From positions 62,580 through 126,579 of the forward strand of contig NZ_JBDVHS010000006.1 of NCBI RefSeq assembly GCF_039939955.1: DNA of 64,000 bases. The letters run 5' to 3'. Of the stretch, positions 1 through 8,467 are shown piece after piece. A model generated the notes under the pieces. It was not told the origin of the DNA and ran no database searches. It saw only the letters and a program-made list of their open reading frames with translations. The DNA comes from Parasphingorhabdus sp. Lineage in GTDB: Bacteria; Pseudomonadota; Alphaproteobacteria; Sphingomonadales; Sphingomonadaceae. The position numbers were made by a program, and so were the translations under genes. Numbering within the stretch: the stretch's first letter is position 1; the number at the start of each line of letters is the position of its first letter.

Positions 1-750
1 GCAGGTGGTGGTCTGGCTATAGCAGCGGCAATAGGCATTTGGTTCTGGCAAAGCAGCAGCGCTTCTACGACCGATGCGACAAGCAAAGCCGCACTGGCGG
101 CTGGCATTGACGCACAACAACAAAAGGCCATCGAGGGAATCGTCCGCGACTATATCCTGAAAAATCCAGAGATTATCCCTGAAGCAGTGGAATTGCTGCA
201 AAATCGCCAGAAGGCTGATGCGATTAGCGCTGTTCGAGCGACAATTGAGAAGCCCTTTGCCGGAAATGCCTTTGCCGGCAATCCCAATGGCGATGTCACT
301 GTCGTGGAATATTCGGACTTCGCCTGCCCTTATTGCAAACAGACCGAACGCGACATCGCCAGGCTGATTGCCGAAGACAAGAATGTGAAAGTCGTGTTTC
401 GCGAGCTTCCTATCCTGAGCGAAGCTAGCAACGATGCGGCGCTAATGGCGCTGGCAGCGGCGAAACAGGGCAAATATTATGCGTTCCACAAAACCATGTT
501 CGCTACCGGTCGCCCGACCCCGTCGACGATCAATGCCGCCGCCAATGAAATTGGTCTAGACATGGCAGCTGCGCGGGCCTTTATCGCTTCACCGGAAGCC
601 AAGCAGGAAATCCAGAGCAACATAGCCATCGCGCAGCAAATGCGCTTCACCGGCACGCCTGCCTGGGTGGTCGGCGATCAGTCGGAAGTCGGCGCGGTTG
701 GCTATGACGGATTGAAAGAAATGGTCGCGAAGGCGCGGGCAGCCAATTAG
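1..750 (+). CDS. DsbA/thioredoxin-fold protein (5' end outside window)
   Basis: Frame is open from position 1 (AGGGLAIAAAIGIWFWQ..., N-terminal TM). CPYC active site, VVFRELPIL, cis-Pro loop GTPAW. Confidence 0.9.
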   Translation, partial: AGGGLAIAAAIGIWFWQSSSASTTDATSKAALAAGIDAQQQKAIEGIVRDYILKNPEIIPEAVELLQNRQKADAISAVRATIEKPFAGNAFAGNPNGDVTVVEYSDFACPYCKQTERDIARLIAEDKNVKVVFRELPILSEASNDAALMALAAAKQGKYYAFHKTMFATGRPTPSTINAAANEIGLDMAAARAFIASPEAKQEIQSNIAIAQQMRFTGTPAWVVGDQSEVGAVGYDGLKEMVAKARAAN

Positions 751-1421
751 GCTTCGTCCGCCCTGCCCTTGAACCCTTGGGCAATTACATACCATTCCGA
801 TGATCCCTTACGGCTCGCCGGTGGTTTTGCATGTTTGACCACTTCAAAATGCTGCTTCAACAAAGTCAGCAGCTCATGATCCGTTCCACCCGCTAGCACC
901 TTGGCGACAAAAGCACCGCCTTTTTGCAGATTTTCAACCGCAAAATAGGCACCGGCTTCGACCAGTCCCATCGTCCGCAAATGGTCGGTTTGCTGATGGC
1001 CAACCGTATTGGCGGCCATATCGGACAGCACCAGATCCGGGGCGCACCCGAGCGCCTCTATCAACATATCTGGCGCGGCATCATCCATGAAGTCCATCTT
1101 GAAAATGGTCACTCCTTCGATCGGATCGACATCGAGCAGATCAATCCCGACAACCGCCGCCTTGGGCGCAAATTTTCGTACGACCTGAGCCCAGCCACCC
1201 GGCGCAATCCCGAGGTCAACAACCGCCTTCGCTTTGCGCACCAGCTTGAAGCGCTCGTCCAATTCCAGCAATTTATAGGCTGCGCGTGACCGATAGCCAT
1301 CGGCCCGGGCCTGTTTGACATAGGGATCGTTCAACTGCCGTTCGAGCCATCGGGTCGAACCAATTTTCCGGCCCTTTGCGGTTTTGACCCGTTGCTTGCC
1401 TCCTGACCGACCTCGGCTCAT
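747..1421 (-). CDS. rlmE: 23S rRNA U2552 2'-O-methyltransferase RlmE/FtsJ
   Basis: YRSRAAYKL, VVDLGIAPGGW, VLSDMAAN, KPPASRKGSSEWY. Start placed at MSRGR (ATG 1421), overlapping the ppx stop. Confidence 0.95.
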   Translation of the reverse strand: MSRGRSGGKQRVKTAKGRKIGSTRWLERQLNDPYVKQARADGYRSRAAYKLLELDERFKLVRKAKAVVDLGIAPGGWAQVVRKFAPKAAVVGIDLLDVDPIEGVTIFKMDFMDDAAPDMLIEALGCAPDLVLSDMAANTVGHQQTDHLRTMGLVEAGAYFAVENLQKGGAFVAKVLAGGTDHELLTLLKQHFEVVKHAKPPASRKGSSEWYVIAQGFKGRADEA

Positions 1422-2530
1422 CGGCCCACTCCCCGTTCGTTGGACGACATTAACGACCGCAATATACCTTCTCGGATGCCGCGATCTGCAACACCAACCC
1501 GTGAGGCCGGCCAAATATCAAGAATCGCTTCTAATATGGCACAGCCACCCACCACCAGATCGGCACGCTCCCGCCCGATACATGGGATATCCGCCCGCTC
1601 ATCCGGCGTCGCCTCAGCCAGCATCGCGCTAATATCCCGCATCGATTCTGTCGGAACAATCAACCCGTCGATCAGCTTGCGATCATATTGTGGTAATTTC
1701 AGATGCAGGCTGGCCAATGTCGTCACCGTGCCGCTGGTACCCAGCAACCGATAATCGCATTGCTCCATGCGCGGCAGGCGATCCGCAAAACTGGAGAAGC
1801 TTTCCGTGACCCGCTCCCGCATCGTTGCAAAAGCCTCGCGGCGCGCAACCGGGTCATCGCCGTCGAACCGCTCGCTTTCGGTCAAAGAAACCACGCCCCA
1901 CGGCGCACTTTGCCAGTCGATAATCTCCGGCGCTGCTCCGCTGGTATCCACCAGCACAAGCTCCGTCGAGCCGCCGCCTATGTCAAAAATCAAGGCTGGG
2001 CCATCGCCCGGCTCCAGCAATATCTGACATCCCAGAACCGCGAGCCGTGCTTCTTCTTCCGCTGTGATCACATCAAGCGCGATACCGGTTTCGCGGCGAA
2101 CGCGCTCGATAAATTTGTCGCCATTGCTAGCCCGTCGACAGGCTTCGGTCGCGACCGACCGGGCGAGCGTCACATTGCGCCGGCGCAGCTTATCCGCGCA
2201 GATCGATAAGGCAGCAACCGCCCGATCCATTGCCCGGCTGCTAATCCGACCGGTTTCAACCAATCCCTCGCCGAGCCGCACGACCCGCGAGAAAGCATCT
2301 GTAACGATGAAGCCGTCCGACGACGGTTTGGCGACCAGCAACCGGCAGTTGTTGGTGCCCAGATCTATTGCTGCATAAGATCGCAACTTGGGCCAACGCC
2401 CACCAGCTTGATGGACAGACGACGCAATACGACTCTGTCCTTTATGTGTCGCCGCATGTTTCGGGCGGGGTTTCCTCGCGGATGCTCCGCCTTTTGTATC
2501 TTGCGGCGATGGGGACGCATGATCCGCCAT
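1418..2530 (-). CDS. ppx: Ppx/GppA family exopolyphosphatase
   Basis: AAIDLGTNNCRL, VATEACRRA, EEEARL, DIGGGSTE, DRGIREG. Start placed at MADHA. Confidence 0.9.
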   Translation of the reverse strand: MADHASPSPQDTKGGASARKPRPKHAATHKGQSRIASSVHQAGGRWPKLRSYAAIDLGTNNCRLLVAKPSSDGFIVTDAFSRVVRLGEGLVETGRISSRAMDRAVAALSICADKLRRRNVTLARSVATEACRRASNGDKFIERVRRETGIALDVITAEEEARLAVLGCQILLEPGDGPALIFDIGGGSTELVLVDTSGAAPEIIDWQSAPWGVVSLTESERFDGDDPVARREAFATMRERVTESFSSFADRLPRMEQCDYRLLGTSGTVTTLASLHLKLPQYDRKLIDGLIVPTESMRDISAMLAEATPDERADIPCIGRERADLVVGGCAILEAILDIWPASRVGVADRGIREGILRSLMSSNERGVGR

Positions 2531-2792
2531 AACCGTACTCTTATATTCTCCGGATCGGATAATACCGCCGGTACTTGCGTCGGAAGATAACGCCGTGACC
2601 CCGCCGACGCAAGGGTAGCAAGCTCCCTCTAACGGTAAAATATCATATATAGCCGGAAATATGCGCGGAAGGGCTAGCCCAGACAGAATATCACCATTCA
2701 CCGGCAATCCGCATTTTCAGCGGGCTGAACCGCGAGCGGAGCCGGGGCATGAAATGTCTGATTTAATAGCCAGAAAATGGCCACCAAAAGGC

Positions 2793-2821
2793 TTGACCCT
2801 AAGCGAGTCCCTGCCTATTGC
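2793..2821 (+). promoter_or_regulatory. Putative sigma70 promoter of tRNA-Gln
   Basis: TTGACC-17 nt-TATTGC, 13 nt upstream of the tRNA. A -10 lacking the final T is common in alphaproteobacteria. Confidence 0.55.
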
Positions 2822-2834
2822 CGCGCACCGGTAC

Positions 2835-2908
2835 TCCCCTGTCGTCTAATGGTAAGACTACGGACTCTGACTCCGTCAATTGAGGTTCGAATCCTCACGG
2901 GGGATCCA
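2835..2908 (+). tRNA. tRNA-Gln (anticodon CTG)
   Basis: Acceptor stem TCCCCTG/CGGGGGA, anticodon arm ACGGA-CTCTGAC-TCCGT, T-loop GGTTCGAATCC, encoded CCA end. Confidence 0.97.
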
Positions 2909-2931
2909 ATATTTCCTTCAGAACCGCTGAA

Positions 2932-4203
2932 TTACGTCGACTTTGGCGTAAAGCCGATGTGCAGTTCCTTTAGCGAACGCAGCAGAAAATGCGGGTGGAT
3001 GGCAAAATCATTCTTGCCTTCAATGAACCACATATCTTCAAACCGATCGACCACGGCAGTGAAACCCCAGATCAGCTCGCGCCGGGCCAGTGGCGCGCCG
3101 AGGCAATGGTGGACACCGGAACCAAAGCCCATATGCGCCCCGGCCCGCTTGCGCTCGAGATCGATTTTCTCAGGACATTCAAAGATGCTCTCGTCGCGAT
3201 TGGCGGCGGCATAGCGGATGTTGATCAGCGCGCCCTCGGGAATGGTCACACCATGCATCTCCACCTCTTCTCCGGCAAAGCGCATCAAGCTCTGCACCGG
3301 CGATTCCAAGCGCACGACTTCCTCGACAAAGGTCTTCATATATTTGTCGGGGTCGCTTTTCAGCTGCTCCCAGACATCCTTATTCTCGATCAGCAGCCGG
3401 ATGCCCGAAGCCAGCGCGTTGGTTGTGGTCTCGCTGCCGCCAACGAAGGTGTCTGCCATCATCTCGGCATGCAGTTCGTTGTCGTTGAGCGGCCTGCCCC
3501 ATTCCTCGATCACTCGGTTGACCAGCTCGCTAAGTAGACTGTCATCGGGCTTCTGACGTAGTCGTTCGAAAATCGGATGGAAATAGTGCTGCCCTTCGAT
3601 CTCGCGATCGACCATCTCCAGCTCGGATTCCTCGTCCAGCATCATCGATATCCGGTGGAAAAAAGCGTCGGTCCAACTTTTGATTTTCCACATATCCTCG
3701 CGCGGTGCGCCCATCTGCTCGCCGATGATGTAGAGCGGCAACGGCACGGCGAATTGGCTGACCCAGTTGCACTGGCCGTCCTCTATGAAACCGTCGATCA
3801 GCTCATAGGCGAGATTCTCGACCAGCGGGTCCATGGTCTTGATCTTGCTGGGCTTGAATGCCTCGTTGAACATCGCCCGCATCTGCTTGTGATTGGGATC
3901 ATCCCGGCTCGATAGCGTCGGTTCGGGCAGCCAGCCCTTATCCTCGAAACGCTGCTGCACCACCAGTTGCCGCTCGGTTGCGCCGGTCTTGTTGAAAACA
4001 GCGAACTTCTTGGGACTGCTGGGAAAAGTTACCGGATCGAGCAGGACACGGCGCACATCTTCATAACGGGTGATGACGTAAATGTCGGTGCCGGGCTGTT
4101 TGTAGACCGGCGCTTCGTCGCGCAAGACCTTATAGGCATCATAAGGACATTTCTGCGTTTCCGCATCGAACAGATTGATATCAAGATTGGCCTTCGTAGC
4201 CAT
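2932..4203 (-). CDS. Cytochrome P450
   Basis: I-helix GGSETTT, EVVR (ExxR), heme motif FGSGVHHCLG. Start placed at MATKA. Confidence 0.95.
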   Translation of the reverse strand: MATKANLDINLFDAETQKCPYDAYKVLRDEAPVYKQPGTDIYVITRYEDVRRVLLDPVTFPSSPKKFAVFNKTGATERQLVVQQRFEDKGWLPEPTLSSRDDPNHKQMRAMFNEAFKPSKIKTMDPLVENLAYELIDGFIEDGQCNWVSQFAVPLPLYIIGEQMGAPREDMWKIKSWTDAFFHRISMMLDEESELEMVDREIEGQHYFHPIFERLRQKPDDSLLSELVNRVIEEWGRPLNDNELHAEMMADTFVGGSETTTNALASGIRLLIENKDVWEQLKSDPDKYMKTFVEEVVRLESPVQSLMRFAGEEVEMHGVTIPEGALINIRYAAANRDESIFECPEKIDLERKRAGAHMGFGSGVHHCLGAPLARRELIWGFTAVVDRFEDMWFIEGKNDFAIHPHFLLRSLKELHIGFTPKST

Positions 4204-4214
4204 GTCAGTTCTCC

Positions 4215-4802
4215 CTAGCGCACCTGAATTTTGTCTTGGCCCCATGGCGCAACGCTATCGGCTTTCTGAAAAGCCTCCGGCAGTTCGTCGACCATATGCC
4301 AGGTCGCTGCGAGACGTCCGAAACCGACGAAAAAGGCGCAGGTCATCCCCAGTTCGACAATTTGCGCTTCGCTGAAATGATCGCGCAAACCGGCATGAAC
4401 CGCATCATCGATCGCTAGATGATCGGTCGCCATTAGTTCGCCATAGTGGATCGCCGCTTTTTCCGCAGCGCTGAGATTATCGGCTTCCTGGGGTTTCTCT
4501 AGCGAGCAAACCGCGCCTTCGTCGACACCATCATTGACGGCATCGGTATAGCGGATCGCCATGCAGCTGCGGCACTGGTTGAAGAAGGCGATACGGAGCC
4601 GCACCAGTTCTACCAACCGTTCCGGCAGGCTGCGCGCCATCTTGAGCGCACCCCCAAATTGCATGAGGCCCAACGCCTGTTCCGGACAATGGGCGAAATA
4701 GCGGGTCAGCCCCTGCTCTAGATCAGTGGCCGCATCCGGTTTCACAGCATCCCTGATCCGGGGATCCCAATCCTCCGGTGGTACTTTCGATATCCGGGCC
4801 AT
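4215..4802 (-). CDS. Carboxymuconolactone decarboxylase/AhpD-like protein
   Basis: ELVRLRIAFFNQCRSCM (CxxC), FSEAQIVEL helix pattern. Confidence 0.85.
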   Translation of the reverse strand: MARISKVPPEDWDPRIRDAVKPDAATDLEQGLTRYFAHCPEQALGLMQFGGALKMARSLPERLVELVRLRIAFFNQCRSCMAIRYTDAVNDGVDEGAVCSLEKPQEADNLSAAEKAAIHYGELMATDHLAIDDAVHAGLRDHFSEAQIVELGMTCAFFVGFGRLAATWHMVDELPEAFQKADSVAPWGQDKIQVR

Positions 4803-4922
4803 CCGATCCTCTCCAATCCGTCCATGACGTTTGGGAGAGAGTAGATTTTACCGACAGCAAAGAAACTGTCGAATTGGACAAGGTTTAATTATGAGCATTG
4901 CAGGGCGTGACGAACGCAGATT

Positions 4923-5636
4923 CTATTCCGCTTCGGCGCTCTTGTCATATTTGAGTTCGAGGTATCGACCGCGGATCGAGAGATTGTCGATATCACCCTT
5001 TGCGATCTGCTCGGTCACACCGGAAATCTCTTTTTCGATCAGTGACAGGCCACCGATCAGCTGTTCATCCGGTGATTTCCCGATATCCGTCGCTTTCCCG
5101 CGCATTGATGCAGGAATGGCTTTATAGCCGTTGATCAATTCAGGCAGATGCTCCCCGACCAGCTTACGGACTTCATAAGCAGCCGCATCGCCTTCATTTA
5201 GTTTTTGCAGTTGCGGCGACAGCATATCCAGTTGGACGCCAATGCCGTTGACTATCTGCACAGCCGGAGCCGGCAGGGCCAGTCTTTGATTTTCCAGCCA
5301 GATTTCCGTCTTTCCCGCTAGCGACTTTAGATCAGACTGCACGATTGACTCGGGTGTCGGTATTTTCATTTTCGGGAATTTCATCGAGGCCCAGATACCA
5401 CCACCAATCAAAGCAGCGGATATCATCACACCCCAGAAACCGATGCCGCTCAATATGCCGCCAACAATGCTCGCGCCAACCAACACACCTGCCGTCCACA
5501 GAGCAGCGCGGCCCAGTTTCTTGAAAAAATGACCGCGTTTCAGTTCGTGCGAGCGGTTGCCGATTGAACGACGGAATTGGGAGTCGCGAAGCGCTCGCGA
5601 CGCACTGTCGAAGATTTGTTGATTGGATTCAGGCAC
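4923..5636 (-). CDS. Membrane-anchored XpaC-like protein (partner of TelA)
   Basis: Two N-terminal TM segments plus a helical C-terminus (HLPELINGY). Lies directly downstream of telA, the usual pairing. Confidence 0.6.
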   Translation of the reverse strand: MPESNQQIFDSASRALRDSQFRRSIGNRSHELKRGHFFKKLGRAALWTAGVLVGASIVGGILSGIGFWGVMISAALIGGGIWASMKFPKMKIPTPESIVQSDLKSLAGKTEIWLENQRLALPAPAVQIVNGIGVQLDMLSPQLQKLNEGDAAAYEVRKLVGEHLPELINGYKAIPASMRGKATDIGKSPDEQLIGGLSLIEKEISGVTEQIAKGDIDNLSIRGRYLELKYDKSAEAE

Positions 5637-5642
5637 CGGGCG

Positions 5643-6848
5643 TTATTCCTCCAGAGCCGACAAAGGATTTTCCGAAGGGGCCTCCAACTGCGCTTTCGCC
5701 TGCCCTTCAGAGCGGGCAATATAGCCTTTCGACTTTTCAATCTCACCGGATAGCGAATTGACCGTCGTCTTCATATTTTCCAACGCCTTGAGTTTGAACG
5801 TGTCGATATTGTCCATCGTATCATAAACATTCTGGAATGCCCGTTGCAGCGTTTCGAGCGGGATGGTCGAAGAAGCAGCCTGCTCGTGAATCTGGCCGGT
5901 CTGGTTTTTCAGCATCTCGCTGGTACTATCGATCACGCCCGCTGTGGTCGTGTTGAGCGCACCGATCTGGTCCAGAACCAGCTTCTGATTGGTCAGCGCC
6001 TGAGCGACGGTAACGCCAGTGCGCAGCGCGCCCACGGTCGTTGTGCTCGCCCGGTCAACGCCTTTGACCAATTCAACATTGTTGCGCTTCACCAGATCAA
6101 GCGCGAGATAGCCCTGCACCGTAACCGCCATTTGGGTCAGCAGGTCCTGCGTGCGCTGGCGCACATAGAAAAGCGCGCTTTCACGGATCGCTTTCGCTTT
6201 TGCGGGATCAGTAGCGTCCAGTTCTGCCGCTTTGTCTTCCAGTCGCTGATCCATGACCTTGGATACATGGATCATCTGCTCCAGCCGCCCCATGGCCGCC
6301 CAGAGATTCTTGCGTTCGACGTCAATGGCCGCATTATCCATCAACAATTCATCTTTGCCGGACCGCAAACGATCGAGGATCGAACCAATATGGCCTTGCG
6401 CGCTTTTATAGCCGTCAAAATAGTTGCGCATCTTGTTGCCGAAAGGAATGATCCCGAAAATCTTTCTTTTGGCCGTCAGATTGCCGCGCTTGCCCGGATC
6501 GAGATCTTCGACCGTACGGCGTAGCTCGGCAAGATCGGAACCAATACCGCTTTCTTCGTCCATCGACCGGATCGGGCGATCAAGAAAACGGTTGGACTGG
6601 CCTGCCGCTTCGGCAATCTCCTTGCGGCCCATATTGGTAATTTGGTCCACTTTTTTGCCAAATTCGGGGCTGTTTTCGTCTTGTTTGATCAAATCATCGA
6701 TAAAACCATCCACTTTTTCTTCAAGCTTCGACTTTATCTCTTCGCCAACCGGAACAAGGCCAGAGGCTTTTTCAGGAGCGACGGGCACCACCGGATCAGG
6801 CGGAGTCAATTTCAGGTCATCGGTCGCGGTGATTGTTTCGGTCGCCAT
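5643..6848 (-). CDS. telA: Toxic anion resistance protein TelA family
   Basis: Coiled-coil 401 aa protein with LDLVKRNNVELVKGVDRASTTTVGALRTGVTVAQAL signature. Confidence 0.85.
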   Translation of the reverse strand: MATETITATDDLKLTPPDPVVPVAPEKASGLVPVGEEIKSKLEEKVDGFIDDLIKQDENSPEFGKKVDQITNMGRKEIAEAAGQSNRFLDRPIRSMDEESGIGSDLAELRRTVEDLDPGKRGNLTAKRKIFGIIPFGNKMRNYFDGYKSAQGHIGSILDRLRSGKDELLMDNAAIDVERKNLWAAMGRLEQMIHVSKVMDQRLEDKAAELDATDPAKAKAIRESALFYVRQRTQDLLTQMAVTVQGYLALDLVKRNNVELVKGVDRASTTTVGALRTGVTVAQALTNQKLVLDQIGALNTTTAGVIDSTSEMLKNQTGQIHEQAASSTIPLETLQRAFQNVYDTMDNIDTFKLKALENMKTTVNSLSGEIEKSKGYIARSEGQAKAQLEAPSENPLSALEE

Positions 6849-7007
6849 GCTATTCAGCCTCCCTGCCCCGGCACCAGTGCGGGGCTTTCTCTATAAATGG
6901 ATATAAATGCCGCATTTTTCAAGCGTTTCAACTACTGTATTAGTAAAATAATACAGTTTTTACAAAACTGCGCAACATGCTTCCAACTCTTCCAGCTTTG
7001 CCAAAGC

Positions 7008-7724
7008 TCAGCCTTCCAGCAGTTCCGCCACTTGCGGTGTGATTTTTCCAACAATAACATCAATGCCTTCAGCCGTAGGGTGCAGGCCATCCGGCAGGAA
7101 AAGGTCAGGATTACCAACCACCCCATCCATGAAAAACGGATAGAGAGCGACATCATATTTTCTAGCAAGTGCAGGATAAATCACGTTAAACTCATCGATA
7201 AAGGCCGCTCCCAGATTGGGTGGGGCCAGCATACCGGTCAACAGAACCGCTATGCCGCGCTGTTCAAGACTTTGAACCATTGCTTCCATATTCGCCCGCG
7301 TGTCCGCCGGTTTCAGACCGCGCAGAAGATCGTTGCCACCCAAGCCCAATATCACCAGATCCGGCTTGCGCGGCATATTATCGAGGACGAAATCCATACG
7401 CCGCAAACCTGCCGCGGTCGTGTCGCCCGAAACGCCCGCATTGTGGACCCGCACATCTTTACCCGCCGCAGTTAACGCCGCCTGCAGCTCAGGAGCGAAG
7501 CCCTCTTTCTGGTCCAGACCATAGCCGGCATAGAGGCTGTCACCGAAGGCAACGATCAGGATATCCGCGTCTTTGGCATCCGCCGTTTGATCGCCTTGCA
7601 CCGCTGCATCCGTCGGCCCTGCGTCGGCGCTCGTGGCCGTTTCGTCGACGGGCGCTGGACCACATGCGATCAAAAGTTGCAGAAACGCCAGTGCGAACCC
7701 ATATACAGTCAAATTCTTCAACAT
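7008..7724 (-). CDS. tesA: Arylesterase/acyl-CoA thioesterase I (SGNH), lipoprotein
   Basis: FGDSLYAGY, NAGVSGDTT, GGND, DGLHP. Lipobox LIAC. Confidence 0.9.
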   Translation of the reverse strand: MLKNLTVYGFALAFLQLLIACGPAPVDETATSADAGPTDAAVQGDQTADAKDADILIVAFGDSLYAGYGLDQKEGFAPELQAALTAAGKDVRVHNAGVSGDTTAAGLRRMDFVLDNMPRKPDLVILGLGGNDLLRGLKPADTRANMEAMVQSLEQRGIAVLLTGMLAPPNLGAAFIDEFNVIYPALARKYDVALYPFFMDGVVGNPDLFLPDGLHPTAEGIDVIVGKITPQVAELLEG

Positions 7725-7741
7725 CGGATATCCTTACCCCC

Positions 7742-8467
7742 ATGATCGAGAAAACCGCCGCACCGAGCGACGCTGCCACCGTTGAACCCCATATTGCGAT
7801 TGCAGCCCAAAATGTCACCCTGTCTTTAGGAGAAGGGACAGCCCGGGTCGATATTTTACGTGGCATTGATCTATCGATCGAAGAAGGAAAGACCGTCGCG
7901 TTGCTGGGACCGTCCGGTTCCGGCAAATCATCGCTGATGGCCATCCTGTCCGGTCTGGAACGGGCAACCGGTGGCACGGTGAACATCGCAGGGGCTGATT
8001 TCGGTGCAATGAACGAGGATCAGCTGGCAGTTGCTCGTCGCGGCCGGGTCGGCATCGTGTTGCAAGCCTTTCATCTGTTACCAACCATGACCGCCCTCGA
8101 AAATGTCGCCGTACCGCTAGAACTGGACGGCCAGCCCGATCCTTTTGAAATCGCGGCAAAAGAGCTTACTGCGGTCGGTCTCGGCGACCGGCTGGGCCAT
8201 TATCCAACCCAGCTTTCCGGCGGTGAGCAGCAGCGCGTCGCTATTGCCCGCGCCATGGCATCCCGTCCAACAATCATCTTCGCCGACGAACCCACCGGCA
8301 ATCTCGACGGCGCAACGGGCGACAAGATTATCTCGCTGCTATTCGAACGTCAGAAAGCAACGTCTGCGACGCTATTGATCATCACCCATGACCCCGAACT
8401 GGCGAAACGCTGTGACCGGATCATCGAATTGCGCGATGGCCTGATCGAACGGGATAGCGCCGCGTGA
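7742..8467 (+). CDS. ABC transporter ATP-binding protein (YbbA-like)
   Basis: [29 protein letters not shown]. Start placed at MIEKT (7742). Confidence 0.93.
   Translation: MIEKTAAPSDAATVEPHIAIAAQNVTLSLGEGTARVDILRGIDLSIEEGKTVALLGPSGSGKSSLMAILSGLERATGGTVNIAGADFGAMNEDQLAVARRGRVGIVLQAFHLLPTMTALENVAVPLELDGQPDPFEIAAKELTAVGLGDRLGHYPTQLSGGEQQRVAIARAMASRPTIIFADEPTGNLDGATGDKIISLLFERQKATSATLLIITHDPELAKRCDRIIELRDGLIERDSAA

Noticed and set aside
2835-2931. Integrative element at tRNA-Gln
   Set aside because: I found no duplicated tRNA 3' end and no integrase in the window by eye.
4923-6848. telA with its membrane partner as a new system
   Set aside because: The telA/xpaC-like pairing is widely known.
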